Below, piece after piece: positions 61,679-64,000 of a stretch of 64,000 nucleotides of DNA (positions are counted from its first letter, which is position 1; each line of letters starts with the position of its first letter). The notes beneath the pieces were generated by a model, which was given only the letters and a program-made list of their open reading frames with translations, ran no database searches and was not told where the DNA came from. Source of the DNA: Selaginella moellendorffii (lineage: Eukaryota; Plantae; Lycopodiophyta); NCBI RefSeq assembly GCF_000143415.4, contig NW_003314312.1, positions 1-64,000 of the forward strand, in the 5' to 3' direction. The translations under genes were made by a program, and so were the position numbers.

Positions 61679-63880
61679 TGTGAGTGCATGGAATATGGAA
61701 AGGGAATACAGAAATGTGCATATCAATTAACCCAAAAACCCTAGTTTATATACAGGAGCGAGTGGTCCGGATTGAAACTAATCCGACGGCTACCAAAATC
61801 CACTACGCTAATATTAGTATACGACATCGTAGCTGTACACTTGGCCCTCACATCATCCCCTCCTCTCGGAATAATGGAAGGCCGTCAGGGTTCTCTTGTA
61901 GATGGGCCGGGATCTGGAGGAACGTCAGGAGGAGGCATCGGTGGATCTGTAGACGGTATTAACTGCTCCTGATCCCTCTGTATGAAGCGTTTTAACCGCT
62001 GCACATGCACAATCTCCAGAGGATCGGCCTGCTGAACGTCATGCCGAACCTCATAAACTTGTGGTCCAACTTGCTGCAACACACGATACGGTCCTTTCCA
62101 CTGCGCAAGGAGCCCCTTAGATAAACCACGTACCGTAAGATGGGGAAAACGGACTAACACCAAATCATCCACTTTGTACTCCGCTGGTGGACGATGATGG
62201 GAATTGTAGCGCCGTTGTTGTCCCACTTGTACGCGGCCTAAGTGTTCAGCAGACTCTGCTCGGACAAGTGGAAGAATGCTTGTCAAATATTGATCCCATG
62301 ACCTAGCATCAGGAGCTCGTGGCAATCGCGAAGGTAAACCTAGCTCTGTTGGTAATATTGGATCATGACCATATAGAAGTTTATATGGTGAAGCACCAAC
62401 AGAACTCTGCACCCCTGTGACATAAGCATACCGAAGAGACGGCAAATAACCATCCCAATCCGAATGTTGAAAGTTCATATACTTCGCAATCATCCCTTTG
62501 AATGTCCGAACGAGCCGTTCCACCAGACCGTCTGATTGTGGATGATAAGCACTCGTAGAAGTGTGGCGTATCCCCAACCGAGATGTCAAAACATGAAATA
62601 CCTCAGCCATAAATGCAGGACCATTATCCGAAAGAATCCGTTCTGGACAAGAATGCTGGAACACCACTCGATTGAGGAGGAAGTATCCAACAGCAGTTGC
62701 AGAGGCACTAGCAAGAGCACCAACTTCCACCCAACGAGTCAAGTAGTCAGAAGCAATAATAACATACTCATTGCCAGCAGTCGATCGCGGAAAAGGTCCC
62801 ATAAGATCAAATGCCACCAACTCAAACGGACGAGAAACTGCAATTGACTCCAACCGTCCTTCCGCAGCACAAGGGGGAGTATTACGAGCTTGGCACCAAA
62901 CGCAGCTACGCACATACCGGATAATATCATGTCGCATCTCTGGCCAATAGAAAGATCTGCGCAACTTCTCGGTGACACGACGGTGTCCCATATGCCCACC
63001 TAGAATAGGAGAATCATGGTAGGCATGGAGAAACCGCGGAATAAACACCGAAGGCACCACCAGCCGTAAATGAGCATCAGGATCCGTCCCCACAAAATAA
63101 AGAAGGCCATCTTCAAGGCGATATTGAGAATGTAAATGCCGAAAAGGCAAGTCATCAACAAGTGATGCAGGATTCTCAAACCCATCTCGAAGCCTTCGAA
63201 TCCATGGCTCAATCTTTTGAGCCTCGCGAACCTCATCCAGAGAAGGTAGATCTTGCTCTACGCCCTGTGGACACTGAATGTCAAGGACAGCAACCGCCGA
63301 CGGCACAGAATCCTCATCTAGAAAATCCACAGATGCTGGAACAACAGGTTCGTCAGAAACATGAGAAGTGAGTGGAGAAGGAAGAGGAGCGCGAGAAAGG
63401 GCATCAGCATCAGCCATAGAACTCCCTGAGCGATGAACAACATCAAAATCATATATCTGAAGCTTCAAAGCCCATCGAGCCGTACGACCAACCAGGTTCT
63501 TCCGCTTCAATAATGAAGTAACACCAGCATGGTCACCTTCAAGTAACGTCCGAGAACCATGTAGATAGGCATGAAGTTTCTCGAAACCCCAGACTGCTGC
63601 TAAACACTCCTTCTCCGTCATGGAGTAGTTCATCTCCGCTGGTTGTAATGTACGGCTTATGTATGCAATGGGATGGCGCTGACCAGGCACACTCGAGCTC
63701 TCTTGCATCAACACACCTCCAAGACCAATGTCAGAAGCATCCACGCGCAAAATAAAAGGTCGAGTGTAGTCAGGATATGCCAAAACCGGAGGAGTCGTCA
63801 ATAGCTCTTTGAGATTCACGAACGCCCGCTCACAATCGGGAGACCAGATGAAAGATGACGTTGATGACTTCAGCAATGCT
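61679..63880 (-). mobile_element. 3' half of an apparently young Ty3/Gypsy element (RNase H and integrase intact, no chromodomain), with PPT and 174-bp 3' LTR
   Basis: Uninterrupted ORF 61885-63880: VDASDIGLGGVL, HDSPILGGH...CVWC, FDLMGP, SDNG, GLVER, GPY. PPT AGAGGAGGGGA at 61856-61866. LTR 61679-61852 with TGTGAG...CTCACA termini. Confidence 0.92.
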
Positions 63881-64000
63881 NNNNNNNNNNNNNNNNNNNN
63901 NNNNNNNNNNNNNNNNNNNNNNNNNNNNNNNNNNNNNNNNNNNNNNNNNNNNNNNNNNNNNNNNNNNNNNNNNNNNNNNNAGGTAGCTGGCAATATTTGG

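Overview
Eukaryotic plant nuclear DNA with very short GT-AG introns (about 47-63 nt). The PLS-type PPR proteins and LTR content suggest a lycophyte such as Selaginella (inference). 1-10.6 kb: a probable large Mutator-like (MULE) DNA transposon whose left end lies outside the window. It has a 4-exon transposase (GCM/WRKY-like DNA-binding domain, DDE core, SWIM finger). Divergent from it is a 9-exon cargo gene fusing a ParB/Srx-like domain to a prokaryote-type beta-class N6-adenine/N4-cytosine DNA methyltransferase, followed by a small zinc-finger ORF bracketed by inverted TGTCAGT/ACTGACA arrays. This is the most interesting system in the window. 10.6-44.3 kb: nested LTR retrotransposons. These include a Gypsy pol pseudogene with a 224-bp LTR, a large degenerate element holding a three-LTR element with a chimeric LTR and a 5S-bearing Cassandra-like TRIM, and a Copia fragment. 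An S-protein-homologue gene and a PPR pseudogene are interspersed. 44.3-57 kb: gene relics and genes (arginyl-tRNA synthetase, GDSL lipase and Fd-glutamate synthase fragments; CCCH zinc-finger and F-box genes). 57-64 kb: a proline-rich protein gene, DHDPS head-to-head with an intact PPR gene, and the 3' half of a young Gypsy element. There are four assembly gaps. All domain calls come from motif recognition by eye, not from database searches.
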